64,000 nucleotides of DNA from an uncultured Chthonomonadaceae bacterium (GCA_963817895.1 CAWFQB010000014.1:1-64000); one strand, 5' to 3'. Shown: positions 13,085 through 24,655, numbered from the stretch's first letter. The notes: a model not told the origin generated them from the letters alone. Numbers and translations: made by a program.

Positions 13085-14377
13085 TCAGCGAACGGGTTTT
13101 GTCGGCGATGCGGATGTTGCCGCGCCGGAATTGCCTGCCGCGCCGCTTCCGGTAGAGGAGGCTCCGCTATTCGCAGAAGACGCCCCACTCGCGGGCGCAG
13201 AGGCTGCACCACTCGGAGCCGATGCGCCACTTGCGGGCGCTGATGTGCCACCGGAGGGTGTGGAGGTTGCGCCGGGACGGGACATGGACGCGCCCGGAGC
13301 CGAACCGGGAGCCGCGCCCGCGCCGGGACGCATCATCATCGGACGACCCGCGCCGGGACCACCCGATGGCCCGCCGGGACCGCCCGGCGCGCCCATCATA
13401 CCCGCCGGATTGACGGGCGGGTTCATGGCCTGCTTGACAATATCGGCGTAGCGGTCAATGTAAACTTCCACTTTCTGCTCTTTGTTGAACTTGCTGATGA
13501 CCTCTTCGCTGTGTTGGATCATTTGTGGCTGCAATTCGGCCAATTTGCGCTCCCGAATCGCTTCGTGGGCATCGGCAAGAGTGGCATCGCCTTTCGCCAT
13601 CCGCTTTACAAGCTGCACCACAAGCGTGTTAGCGGTGGGAGAACCCGGAGCCTGAATTTTGACCGGGGCGGATGCGACCTGTCCATCCTTCAGGGAGGCA
13701 AGGGCGTCCTTAAGGGCAGGCGGCAGGGGATCAAGGGTGATGTAGCGAACCGCGCCCGCATTCGGCGCGTATTTTGCCGTTGCGCTCGCGAAATCGCCGG
13801 TCTGCTTGATCTGGTTGATGACCTGAATGCCTTCGGTTTCGCTGGGAACAGGGGCCACGCGCAAGCCAACAATTTCAGGATAGTTGTACTGCGCCTGATT
13901 GTCCTTGAACGCTTTTTGAATGTCCGCTTCGGGAACAGTGGCGTTGTCTGTGCCAAGATTGATGTGGATTATGTTGTCACGCAGCAGTTTAGGCAACTGT
14001 TCGCTGGTAAGCTGGCCTGCGGCAATGGAGGACATGACGGCAGGGTTGGTGCGCGTAAGATACTGCTGATATCGTTTAACTTCATCGGTGGACGGCATCG
14101 CCTTCTTTTCCGTCGCCAATTTTTCGAGCAGTTTATCTTTGACCGCGCTAATCAGGCCCGCGCCGCCCGCGTCCGTTTGTATCTGCTGGGCGGTGAGCTG
14201 CTGAAAGTCGGTGACTTTCACGCGGGAAACGTAGTCCTGATACTCCTCGTCGTTGATGGGAGTGTCATTGATGCGGGCAACAATTTTGTGGTTCTGGCAG
14301 CCCGCAAGCGGCGTGAGAATGGCCGCGAAACCGATAGCGGCCAGAAGGCGTTTGCGAACGTGAATTGAAACATACAC
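13085..14377 (-). CDS. PrsA/SurA-like foldase lipoprotein with Gly/Pro/Ser/Ala-rich tail
   Basis: Lipobox LAGC, VARIN, parvulin-like region; low-complexity C-terminus; start uncertain. Confidence 0.7.
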   Translation of the reverse strand: MYVSIHVRKRLLAAIGFAAILTPLAGCQNHKIVARINDTPINDEEYQDYVSRVKVTDFQQLTAQQIQTDAGGAGLISAVKDKLLEKLATEKKAMPSTDEVKRYQQYLTRTNPAVMSSIAAGQLTSEQLPKLLRDNIIHINLGTDNATVPEADIQKAFKDNQAQYNYPEIVGLRVAPVPSETEGIQVINQIKQTGDFASATAKYAPNAGAVRYITLDPLPPALKDALASLKDGQVASAPVKIQAPGSPTANTLVVQLVKRMAKGDATLADAHEAIRERKLAELQPQMIQHSEEVISKFNKEQKVEVYIDRYADIVKQAMNPPVNPAGMMGAPGGPGGPSGGPGAGRPMMMRPGAGAAPGSAPGASMSRPGATSTPSGGTSAPASGASAPSGAASAPASGASSANSGASSTGSGAAGNSGAATSASPTKPVR

Positions 14378-14537
14378 AGCGAATTCATCTCCTTCAATCA
14401 AAAGCCGGCGTCAGACCTGAGTTGACACAGGACAAAGCAGGCGCGGCGTTGATAGCCTGCCTGCGTCCCAACCAATGTCTGAAATGTGTCGGCGAAAAAG
14501 CGCGAGGTATTATTAGTGTACACTATCCCCGCATGTT

Positions 14538-15130
14538 TTACACGCGCTGAAGCCGAAGTCCAAGCAATGTCTCGATTTCTCCCTCGGAAATGCCGGTTTC
14601 CCGCGCAATGGCGCTTGATGTTTGGCCTGCATCCGCCGAGCGCGAAAACGCGGGCGCGGCGTTGATCCCGTGAAGAGAGGGGGGACGGTTGAACTGTTAG
14701 TGGCGCCTCCGGGCTATTGATACGGATGCGCGAGGCTTCCTCCACTGCATGAACGAGCATCCTGCGCGTCCGTCAGATACGGTTCTGTAACCATCGTGAG
14801 AGCGAGGCAGAGTGGCCGGCGTATCCGGTTCCGGCAGGGACAGGCAGCGATTTTGCAGCGGCTTCCAATGCTTCGATATGGTCTGACAAGCATTGCCGCC
14901 AATTCGTGCGCCTGCCGGCATTGCGTTTCCAGATGCTGCGACGCGCGCCCGGAAGTCTGATCCAGATCGGTCAGAAGCTGCTTGATGTTGCGCTGCAAGG
15001 CTTTCACTTCGCCAAGTACCGGGGTTTCCGCCGCTCGCGCCGACAGTTCGCCCTTCGCTTGCTGAAACAAAAACCAGCCTACCGCCAGCATCAAAATCTG
15101 CATGACCAGCACAACAGCCTGCCACTCCAT
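14538..15130 (-). CDS. membrane-anchored coiled-coil protein with C-terminal HTH-like segment (DUF6115-like, fliA-associated), frameshifted
   Basis: N-terminal TM (MEWQAVVLV...) and end IARETGISEGEIETLLGL; lies downstream of fliA. Confidence 0.6.
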
Positions 15131-15178
15131 ATCTCGCCCTTTCCCTGTACGGAAAAAATGAAGCAAATGATTTCAAGA

Positions 15179-15951
15179 CTAAGCCCGGAACAGTTCGATG
15201 TCGCGGGGCAGATAGCCCTGCATTCGGAGAACGGCCTGGGTGTGCAATTGATAAACGCGAGATTCGGAGATGGTCAGGATTTTGCCGATCTCTTTGAAGG
15301 TCATGCCTTCGTAATAGTAGAGGGATATGACCGTGCGTTCGCGCTGGGGCAGGCGATCTACGGCTTTGCCCAACATCCTGCGCCGCTCGTGCAGTTCGGC
15401 CTCGACTGTGGGGGTGATGCCGTCGTCTTTGATAACATCGGAAAGTTGAGTTTTTCGCCGCCATCGCTGCCGACCAGAACATCTTCCAGGGACAGCAGGG
15501 ACGTGCGCCCGGTTTCCACGAGCATCTTCTGGAAGTCTTCCGGCTTGACATTGAGTTCCTGCGCCATTTCGTCTTCGGTTGCAGGACGGCCCAATCTGGT
15601 TTCCAGCAGGGTATACGTGCGTTCCAGCAGTTTCACGCGCTCGCGAGTGCTGCGTGGAACCCAATCATCTTCGCGAAGCATTTCCAGAATCGCGCCACGA
15701 ATCAGGGCAATAGCGTAGGTTTCGAATTTCACCTGTCGGGTGGTGTCGAACTGGTCTACGGCTTTGATAAGTCCGACAATACCCGCGCTGACAAGATCAT
15801 CGCGTTCGAGGCTGGGCGGCATGTTGCTGATTACTCGGCCTGCGGTGATTTTGACAAGATAGGCGAAATGCTCGATCAGGCGGTCGCGGGCGCGCAGATC
15901 GGAATTGCACTTGAAGCCGTGCCAGTTTTGTTGGATTTCCATGGGGATCAT
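15179..15951 (-). CDS. fliA: FliA/WhiG (sigma-28) RNA polymerase sigma factor, one frameshift near 15445
   Basis: DLVSAGIVGLIKAVDQFD, FETYA..IRGAILEMLR.DWVPRS, ISESRVYQLH. Confidence 0.92.
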
Positions 15952-16113
15952 TCGTTTCGCTCCTTCACACTCCGGCAGACACGCTGACTGCGCTATCGCC
16001 GGCTTCCATCCTTATATTTCAAGCTATATATTGCCAGCTTGTTGCCAACCTCTAAAATTTACAGGAATGGCTTCTTAACGATTGTCTTGCAGGTCAGGCT
16101 ACTGTCTTGCAGA

Positions 16114-16458
16114 TCAGGCTGCCGTTTCAGTTTGGTCATCGGCAGCGGAGGGCATGCCAAGCAAATCGGCTACCGAAGTTCCGGGCAAAATCATATCAAT
16201 CTGGCCGGATTTATGGGGCAAGGAGGATACGCCGGAATTCAGAGGCTCTTTGTCTTCCTCTTCCGGCACGGCCATCAGGGTGAAGCGCAGTACCAATCCA
16301 AACCCGGCGAAAACCAGAAAAGCCGCCAGCGCCTTCATCATGCACGTACCCGATGATGTGCCGTTCATCAGGCTTACGAAGGCAATCAGCATGGCGGCGC
16401 ACGAACCTAAAATCGTAGGCAATTGGGGCGTGATCGTCTTCACAAAGCGCTTCCTCAC
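16114..16458 (-). CDS. hypothetical two-TM protein in flhG-fliA operon
   Basis: Two hydrophobic helices, acidic tail, co-oriented with neighbours. Confidence 0.65.
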   Translation of the reverse strand: MRKRFVKTITPQLPTILGSCAAMLIAFVSLMNGTSSGTCMMKALAAFLVFAGFGLVLRFTLMAVPEEEDKEPLNSGVSSLPHKSGQIDMILPGTSVADLLGMPSAADDQTETAA

Positions 16459-16528
16459 AAATTACAACAAAGAATAGGGAACAACCAGACCAAAAAATTC
16501 AGCAGCCAATCAAATTTAACAGGTAAAT

Positions 16529-17725
16529 TCAGGATTGTGGTCGCATTTTGAAGAACCGCTGCATTCGGGTAAGCAGGCCGTTCACGCCTGCCGCGCCTGT
16601 GGATGCAGGTGGCTCGTCATAGCCCAGCCGCGCGGCAATCTGCGTGATGGCGCGGGCGGCCGGCGAATTGGGCTGAAACAGGGTAAAAGGCTGTTGCGCG
16701 CGAACGGCGCGGGATACGGATATGTCGTGCGGCAAATACCCCAAACAGTCTAAGTCACGCTGTAGAAACCGGCGGGCAATACTCTGTAATCGCTGCGCGG
16801 CGGCCTGCGCTTCCGTTTCCGACTGCGCCATGTTGATGAGCAGGCGCTGCTGGGCGTGGGGGTTCTCCTGTGACAGCACTTTGATGGTCGCGTAGGCATC
16901 TGTAATCGCCGTAGGTTCGGGCGTGGTGACAACAATCACCTCGTCCACGGCGCACAGGAAGCCGAGTACGTTGTGCGATAGGCCCGCGCCGGTATCCAGC
17001 AGCACCACATCGGCAAGCGTGTCCAGTTCGCTCAGGCTTTGTATGAAATGTGCGCGGCGGGTTTCGTCCAGATTCGCCAGTTCCGTCAGCCCCGAACCGC
17101 CTCCGATGATATGGATGCCGCCCGGACCCGGATACAGCACCTCTTTGAGCGTCTTTTCGCCCTGCATGACGTGTTCCAGATGAAAGCGGGGCATGATGCC
17201 AAGCACGACATGCACATTTGCCAGTCCCAAATCGGCGTCCACAAAGATCACGCGCTGGCCGCTAGACGCGAGCGTGATGGCGAGATTGGAACTGAAATTG
17301 GTTTTGCCGACTCCGCCCTTGCCGCTGGTGATGGCGACTACGCGCGCAACCTGACGCGCGGGGGCGGCGTTCGCAAACGCCGCAATGGGGTTGCCGTGAA
17401 CATCGTAACCATCAGCGCGCCGGGACGCGGCAGGAACCGGGGCCATTGCGGGGATGTGTTCGCGGACGCGAACCGCAACGGCTGCCTTGCCGATTTCCAC
17501 TTGCCGCAAGTCGGACACAGCTTCTTCAACCATAACGGGAGCGGAATTTTCTTCGCAATGGCGACTATCCGGGTTCAGCACGTCTGCATGGTCGAGAAAC
17601 TCGCCCTCCTCTCTTTCTTTAAGAGCCGTGTCGCCGGGAAGAGCGGTAGCAGGAAGCGAATTGTCCGCATGGTCCTGCCGCGCCCGATTGACAAGCGCGC
17701 GAAGACCTTGAGCCTGATCGGCCAT
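16529..17725 (-). CDS. flhG: FlhG/FleN MinD-family ATPase with long N-terminal insert
   Basis: MADQAQGLR, SGKGGVGKTN, DADLGLAN, DTGAG, TPEPTAITDAYATIK. Confidence 0.88.
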   Translation of the reverse strand: MADQAQGLRALVNRARQDHADNSLPATALPGDTALKEREEGEFLDHADVLNPDSRHCEENSAPVMVEEAVSDLRQVEIGKAAVAVRVREHIPAMAPVPAASRRADGYDVHGNPIAAFANAAPARQVARVVAITSGKGGVGKTNFSSNLAITLASSGQRVIFVDADLGLANVHVVLGIMPRFHLEHVMQGEKTLKEVLYPGPGGIHIIGGGSGLTELANLDETRRAHFIQSLSELDTLADVVLLDTGAGLSHNVLGFLCAVDEVIVVTTPEPTAITDAYATIKVLSQENPHAQQRLLINMAQSETEAQAAAQRLQSIARRFLQRDLDCLGYLPHDISVSRAVRAQQPFTLFQPNSPAARAITQIAARLGYDEPPASTGAAGVNGLLTRMQRFFKMRPQS

Positions 17726-17744
17726 AGCAACGTATCTCCCGGCC

Positions 17745-17771
17745 ATATCGGAGGCGTGAAAGGCGTTTGTA
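17745..17771 (-). promoter_or_regulatory. possible sigma-28 promoter of flhG
   Basis: TACA-N15-TCCGATAT versus consensus TAAA-N15-GCCGATAA. Confidence 0.4.
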
Positions 17772-18015
17772 CGCGCTCGCCTGCCGCAATGACGCAGTCT
17801 GAGGGTGGAAACCGGCGGAAAGGGTTACAGCAGTGTGGTGAGCCGCCAAAAACTGTCGAGGAAAGCAGTTGCTATGATTGTCGGTTGAAAACTATGGTAT
17901 GTTTAGGGGGATTCACGCGATAATCCGAAAGTATTATACCCGCATTTTTGCGGGTAATCTGAGCAAGAAATTTGAGCGTTCAGGCGGGGGTGATGCGTAA
18001 TATTTGCGCATTTAC

Positions 18016-18044
18016 TTGACAGGTTGCGTTTTGTTGCCTATAAT
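18016..18044 (+). promoter_or_regulatory. consensus sigma-70 promoter of PBP1A gene
   Basis: TTGACA-17 bp-TATAAT, 6 nt before ATG 18051. Confidence 0.85.
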
Positions 18045-18050
18045 GTCATT

Positions 18051-20673
18051 ATGACTAAGCCTGTCTCACGTCCAAACTCGACTGCCCGCCCGGTCAGTCG
18101 AAGCCGCTCCCGGTCTGCCGCCCGACGCTCCAGTTTGAAAAAACGGATCAAAACGGCGTTCGCTTTGCTTACGCTACTGATTGAAGCGGCGGTTGCGTTA
18201 AGCCTCGTGGTGGCCGTTGTTTACTTCTGGAAGTTTTCCAACAACCTTCCCACGATTGAAGATTTGCGGCAGGATGTGCGCCCGCCGGTCGCCACAACGA
18301 TCTGGTCGCAGGATGGCGTTTTGCTGGGGACGCTTCAGGTAGAAAATCGCAAGCCGATTACACTTGCCGAAATGCCGAAAGATTTTCTTCACGCCACCGT
18401 CGCCATTGAAGACCATAGGTTTTATGAGCATCCGGGCGTGGACTGGCAAAGTATCGCGCGGGCTGTGGTCGCCAACTTCAACGGCAGCAATGCCACGCGG
18501 CAGGGGGCAAGCACGCTGACGCAGCAGCTTGTTCGTAATGTCGGCACGTTCGGCCTGACCAAAGAAAAAAAGTATTCTCGTAAAATTCGCGAAGCGCTAA
18601 CAGCCATGCGCCTTGAGCAGTTGTACTCCAAAGATGAGATACTGGCGATGTACGTCAACAATATCTATTATGGAGGGGGCGCGTATGGCGTACAGGCCGC
18701 GTCGCGCACCTATTTCGGCAAGTCCGCCTACAAACTCACTCTGGGCGAATCCGCGCTTCTGGCGGGATTGCCGCAGCGCCCGTCCGCCTTTACGCCGTTT
18801 GAGAATCGCAAAGCCTCGCTGAAGCGGCGTGACGAAGTGCTGGAAAACATGTTCCGGTATCATTACATCACGGAGGCGCAACTGGAAGCGGCAAAACTGG
18901 AAACGCCGCAGTTCATGCCGCCGCAAAAGCACAAAGATTACAATTTCAAGGCTCCCTATTTTGTGTGGTACGTACTGAACGATCTTATACGCCGGTACGG
19001 GGCGGAATATGTGCAGAACGGCCTGCGCATTGAAACCACGCTTAACTGGAAAATGCAGAAATGGGCCGAGGCGGATTTGGAAAACGGTCTGCGCTCTCAT
19101 GGCAGCGACGGCCCCAATCAGGGCGCGATGGTGACGCTGGACAACAATACGGGCTATATCCGCAGCATGGTTGGTGGGCGCAACTTCCGGGTCAGCCAGT
19201 ACAACAACGTGACGATGGGGCGTAGGCAGCCGGGTTCCACGTTCAAAGCCTTCGATTACAGCGCGGCTTTCGATACGGGGGCTTGCGAGTTTGTACGACA
19301 GTTTTCCCGACAAGCCGATTCCGTATCCCGAATGACCCGAAGAAAATCGTGCATAACTTCAGCGGCGATGGGGGATACAGCTATCGCGATATAAGCTGCA
19401 AAACGGCGATACAATTTTCTAAAAACACGATTGCCGTTCAGGTTGCCGCCAAAGTGGGCATCAACAAGGTGATTGATTACGCCCACAAGATGGGCATTAC
19501 CACGAAATTGCAGCCGGTTTTGCCGACCGCGCTGGGGGCTTCCGAAGTTCACCCGCTTGATCTTGCGTCCGCATATACCGTGTTTCCCCTGAAAGGGAAT
19601 CGGTATCAGCCCCTTGCCCTCGCGCGCGTTTTATGACCGCGACGGCAACATTATGGACGAGCGTACTCCCGAACTGCATACGGAAGTTCTCAAGCCGCAT
19701 ACCGTCGAGCAGATGGATGAAGCGTTTGAAGCGGTGGTGAAGAGCGGGATCGGGTACGCGGGCGTACTCGGACAGCGAGGGCCATGTGGTGGAAAACGCG
19801 CATGGCAAAACGGGTACAACTTCGGACAGCAAAGATGCGTGGTTTGCAGGCTATACGCCGGAACTGACGACGGTGGTGTGGGTGGCGCAGGTGCATCACT
19901 ACAATGTCAAACATCCGACATTGCCGACGTACATGCCAATGGGTGGCGTAACGGGCGGCGAAGTGTGCGCTCCTATCTGGCACGATTTTATGATGAAGGC
20001 CGTGCCGGAACAGCGCAAATTCCATTTGCCCGGCACTACCGATTCTGGCGGCGGCTCCCGCTCCGCGCCAACGACCGCGCCAGAAGAAGAAACGTCAGGT
20101 TAAACATCATTACAAACCGCGTAGTAATAAGCAAACCGGCAGCGAACGCGGATGCGGCGGCCAAACCCGTCACGCCGGCAACAGGGAGAGAATCAGGATG
20201 CTACAGCCTGCAATGGAACGATCCGAACCACGCCGGAGACCGGAGGATGAAAACGCAGCCTGCCCAAAACCCGGATGCCGACGCCGGTGACTCCCACCAG
20301 CGCCGTCAACGCCGAAACCGGTAACGCCGCCTGTGAAAATTCCGGCAGGCGGGCAGGCGGGGTGGTCGCGCCGCCTTCCGCGCGTCTGACGCCTTCGCGC
20401 CCGGAAATGCAGCGCGCATCAGGAAACGACGCGCCCGGAACCTGCGCATCTTGCTTCTGCGACCCGCTTTCGGGGCCGCCGCGCATGGAACCGCCGCGCG
20501 CGGAACCGCCCCGGCAGGCCGTTCCCGAAATGGTGGACGTGAACGTGTGCGTGGACTCGCATCAAAGGCCGAATTCCGGGTGTACCGCGCTCACGACCAT
20601 TCATATCACCAAACGACAGGCGGCCCGATTGGGACGATGCCGGATTCACAAACCGCCGCCCGGTGAAGAATAG
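18051..20673 (+). CDS. class A penicillin-binding protein (PBP1A), frameshifted, Pro/Ala-rich tail
   Basis: EDHRFYEH.G, QGASTLTQQL, RQPGSTFK, SKN, GKTGT. Confidence 0.92.
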
Positions 20674-20706
20674 ACGCTCTCTTTCAAAAACGTTTTCATA
20701 TATTAA

Positions 20707-20809
20707 ACCCAAGTTGCTACCTTAAACCGTGTTTGAGATAGAGGCGTACTGAAAGTAGCACTTTGCGCTGGAACCTTCGAGATTGAGAAATCAAGGTAGC
20801 AACTTGGGT
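20707..20809. mobile_element. 103-bp MITE (IS982-like ACCC termini)
   Basis: Perfect 17-bp IR ACCCAAGTTGCTACCTT / AAGGTAGCAACTTGGGT; 8-bp direct repeat TATATTAA on both sides. Confidence 0.85.
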
Positions 20810-20826
20810 TATATTAAGGATATTTT

Positions 20827-22958
20827 ATGCGTTCACCTCGTCGCGGTAATCGCGATTCTTCTGTAGAGACAAACTCAAAGCCGCAGGCTCCTCGCGCTGA
20901 ATTTCGTCCTCATAACGGCGTTGTCTCGCTTTATGTGGAGAACCGGCCACAGGTTCCGCTTGTTGTTGATGTGACAGCAGAAACATCCTCCTTCCAGATT
21001 GCAGACTGCATTCAGGGAGGAGCGCGTTTGTTTCGCCTGCGCAATGTTGGATTGGGCTGGAATAGCCCAAATCGCTCCGAATTCGAGGCGTTGGAATCGC
21101 GCGTTCAAATCCTGCTGCAAGCCGCGCCGTCCGCGAATTTCTTTCTGGAAGTGGATGTGGAGGCCCCGGAATGGTGGCGGCGCGCGTCCAAAGCGGAGTG
21201 CGCGGCGTTTTGTCTGGGCAGAGCGCAGCCGGGGGATGCAGGGAGCGGGGAGCGCAGAAGCCGCGAACCGCTCGGCAGGCGGGGCGGACGATGCGCCGGA
21301 ATGTGTTTCGCGGGCGTCGCGCCGCTGGCTGCTGGAAGCCGGAGACGCGCTTGCCCGCCTGGCGCAGTATGTCACGCAAGCCGCGTGGGGTGAGCGGTGT
21401 ATCGGGTTTCAGATCGCAGGTGGGGAGAACGGCAACGTGGCGGCATCCCGAATGGGCGCGTCTGCCGGATGTGGGGCCGCGCATGGCGGACAGGTTTCGC
21501 GCGTTCTGCGTGGACAAGTATCGCCGCAACGGGGGATTGCTGAAACAGAGTTGGGACGACCCGCGCGCTGATTTTGACCGTATCAAATGCCCGGACGCGC
21601 ACGAACGCCGTTACGCTGATGTGGGCTGTCTGCGCGACCCGCTGCGTTCGCGCCGGATGCTGGACTACTACGAGTGCTTTTACGCGGCTCAGAACGAGGC
21701 CGCGCTGCATTTTTGCCAGATAACGAAGCGAACCGGGGGCGGGCGTCTGGTGGGCCTGTCGTATGCGTCCGCAATGGGAACCGTGAGCAACGCGGAAGGC
21801 GCTTGGGGACTGCCCGAATCGGTGTTCGATGCGGAAACCGTAGATTATCTGATTACGGACGCGCCGGAAGCCGAAGTGTTTGCCCCCGCTACCCTAACGG
21901 GCAGTTTGAAACTGCGGGGCAAGTTTGTGTTTATGACGGCGCGTTCCACCGTTTCTGTTACGGCGGATGCGGGAATGGCGCTGACAATGGCATCCGGCGC
22001 GATGTTACCGGCCTCCCTGCTGGCAAAGCAGATAGAAATGCTGATGAAAGCGGGGGAACGGAGTTTGAGCGCGAATTCGGGCGGCGGTAAAAACGTTGCG
22101 CCGGTTGCGCTGATTGTGGATGCGTTCGGACTGGCGTACCTTGCCGGCAAGGATGAGGCGCGGGCGGAGTGGCAGCGCGATTTTTTCATAGAACAGTATC
22201 AGGAACTGTGTCAAACCGGGGCGCAAATAGAAACCTATCTGCTGTCCGACCTGTTTCATCCCAAATTCCCTGACCACAAAGTGACGGTTTTTCTAAACCC
22301 GCTGTACCTGTCGGAAGCGGAACGGCGTAAAATAGACGCGCGGGTGAAACGGGGACAGCAGACGGCGGCATGGTTCTGGGGCGCGGGGCTGTTGTCGGAA
22401 AAGGGCGTGGAAGAGACGGCATCCGGCAGGCTGGTGGGAATGAAAGTTCGGATGGAAAAGAACGCGACGAGTTTGCGCTCCCGCATTGTGGAGGGCAACG
22501 ACGCGTTGACGTGGGGCCTGCATGTCGGCACAAACATCGGTTCTGAACGCGCCGTATTGCCAACCCTGACTATCGGAGATAAGACGGTGACGCGGCTGGG
22601 CGCGAACTCGGCAAACAAAACGACGTTTGCCGCGCGTCGTAGCGAGACATGGACGAGCGTATATTATGGAACCCTGCCTGTTCCGGTGATTGCCCTGCGT
22701 AACCTGATGGGAACGGCGGGCGTTCATCTGTATACGGCAACCACAAATGGGAAAGCGACCGTGTACGCGAACGCGCGGCTTGTTGTGGTTTCCAGCCAGC
22801 CGGGTGGCAGCGTCAAGGTGTCTCTGCCCGGCCCGCATGAGGTTCTGGATGCGCAGGATGGCAAGCGCATTGCCATTGGCTCGGATGTTGAACTGAAACT
22901 TGCGCCGGGAGAAACGCGCCTGCTGGAATTGAAGCCGCAGTTTGTCGCTAAAACGTAA
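20827..22958 (+). CDS. GH42/beta-galactosidase-like protein (TIM barrel plus trimerisation-like domain), frameshifted
   Basis: APEWW, IGFQIAGG, FRAFCVDKY...LKQSW, class I GATase-like C-terminal part; family is inferred. Confidence 0.55.
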
Positions 22959-22969
22959 ACCCCGACTGG

Positions 22970-22991
22970 CCGGGTATTGAAAATACCCGGC
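22970..22991. terminator. hairpin between convergent genes
   Basis: CCGGGTATT-GAA-AATACCCGG. Confidence 0.55.
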
Positions 22992-23049
22992 AGGAAAGTT
23001 CAAGCCTTTCAGACGCGGATGCGGCGTCTGTTGGAAGAATCTGTCAACT

Positions 23050-23643
23050 TTAACCCATACGGCGTTGGCCGCCTACCAGATTCATGAACTCGGCGCGGGT
23101 GGCGCGGTCGGTGCGGAAGACGCCGAGTACGTGGCTTGTCACCATGTCGCTGCTTTTCTTTTCCACGCCCCGCGCCATCATGCACAAATGCTTGGCTTCC
23201 AGCACGACGGCAACCCCTCTAGGTTCCAGTATCTCCTGAACTGCGTCCGCAATCTGCGTTGTCAACCGCTCCTGCACCTGAAGTCTGCGCGCGAACATAT
23301 CCGTAATTCGTGCCAGTTTGGATAGGCCTATAATTTTACCATTTGGGATATATGCGATATTTGCATATCCATAAAACGGTAGAAGATGATGCTCGCATAA
23401 GGAAAAGAATTCAATATCGCGCACGATTACCATGTCGTCGCTATCTTCGTGGAAAATGGCGTCGTTGACGAGTGTTTTCAGGTCTTGTTCGTAGCCGCGC
23501 GTCATAAACTTCATGGCTTCCGCGGCTCGGTGAGGTGTTCTTAACAGCCCCTCGCGTTCCGGGTCTTCCCCCACCTCACGCAGCACCTCTCGATACACAT
23601 TTTCAAAATTGTTGCCGGATTCCGGCTCAAAGTTTGCGGTCAT
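23050..23643 (-). CDS. folE: GTP cyclohydrolase I
   Basis: [42 protein letters not shown]. Confidence 0.97.
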   Translation of the reverse strand: MTANFEPESGNNFENVYREVLREVGEDPEREGLLRTPHRAAEAMKFMTRGYEQDLKTLVNDAIFHEDSDDMVIVRDIEFFSLCEHHLLPFYGYANIAYIPNGKIIGLSKLARITDMFARRLQVQERLTTQIADAVQEILEPRGVAVVLEAKHLCMMARGVEKKSSDMVTSHVLGVFRTDRATRAEFMNLVGGQRRMG

Positions 23644-24542
23644 CGAACGTCGTCGTCCTTCCGGGGCATGTCGCTTGCGGGCGCATTGCCGTAGTATTCA
23701 AATATGTTGCGGGCCGTTTCGCGCACCAGCACGCGATACAACCGGGCGGGTGGGGGAATATGGGCTTCCAGACGCTCCCAGATCACGCGGGTGATGATTT
23801 CGGCGGAGGGAACCAGATCGGCAAATTCGGGAACGTCGTGGTTGAAGTGCCGATGGTCGTAGCGGTCTATCACTTCGCGGTTTGCGATTTCATCCAAAAC
23901 TTCAGGGGCCATGACGCGGCCTGAACGCGCGGCTACCGGCCCGGAAACGGTGATTTCCACCTCGTAGTTATGTCCGTGTCCGTTGTCGTAGTTGCATTTG
24001 CCGAACAGTTCGCGGTTTTCATCGGCAGACAAATGCGGACTGTGCAGGCGATGCGATGCGGCAAACTCATACACGCGCGTCATCAGCACGTTTCCAATCT
24101 CCTTTCCGCGCGTTTGCGGCAGCATTGCCCCGTCTTCCGAATGCCATTCTACAAAACTTGTCGGCGTGGCTTCCAGTCGCAATCCGCTGAGTGTTACTTC
24201 GGAAGGCAAATGCGAATCCAATCTAGCTACGATAAAGTTTGTCAAATTTTCCAGCGTGACGGGATGGCCTGCAAAGTCTGCAACGCTGCGGTTGATAAAC
24301 TTTTTGTCGAAAACTTCCACTACCTGCTCTTTGACAATCTTGTCCAGAACTTTGATGTTGATGACAATGCCGGTACTCGCGTCTATATCTCCTTGTACGC
24401 TTACATCGAGCGCGTAGTTGTGTCCGTATGGTTCCGGGGAGGCAGATGAGCCAAAAATTTCCCTATTTTCTGCGGGTGTCAAAGAGAAAATCCAATCAGC
24501 GTGGGCGGCGGAAAAGGTCAATTTGCGGGTCATAGTTATCAT
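23640..24542 (-). CDS. tandem-domain 6-pyruvoyl-tetrahydropterin synthase family protein
   Basis: Two PTPS repeats: FSAAH...YGHNY and FAASHRL...[16 protein letters not shown] overlap with folE. Confidence 0.9.
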   Translation of the reverse strand: MITMTRKLTFSAAHADWIFSLTPAENREIFGSSASPEPYGHNYALDVSVQGDIDASTGIVINIKVLDKIVKEQVVEVFDKKFINRSVADFAGHPVTLENLTNFIVARLDSHLPSEVTLSGLRLEATPTSFVEWHSEDGAMLPQTRGKEIGNVLMTRVYEFAASHRLHSPHLSADENRELFGKCNYDNGHGHNYEVEITVSGPVAARSGRVMAPEVLDEIANREVIDRYDHRHFNHDVPEFADLVPSAEIITRVIWERLEAHIPPPARLYRVLVRETARNIFEYYGNAPASDMPRKDDDVR

Positions 24543-24546
24543 ATTT

Positions 24547-24650
24547 ACCTCACCCCAACCCCTCTCCTGGTCGCTCCTGCGTCGCTAGGAGAGGGGCTAT
24601 TTCATGGTGCAACCCTCTCTTGGACGCTCGTTCCTCGCTGGGAGAGGGGC
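24547..24650 (+). repeat. two tandem REP-like palindromes (CCTCACCCC-CCCTCTCC...GGAGAGGGG)
   Basis: Members of a 14-copy family in this window. Confidence 0.85.
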
Positions 24651-24655
24651 TTTTT

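Noticed and set aside
23050..24542. 7-deazaguanine DNA-modification (dpd) or queuosine cluster
   Set aside because: No queC, queE, tgt or dpdA nearby; the PTPS motif is CX5HGH, not QueD-type
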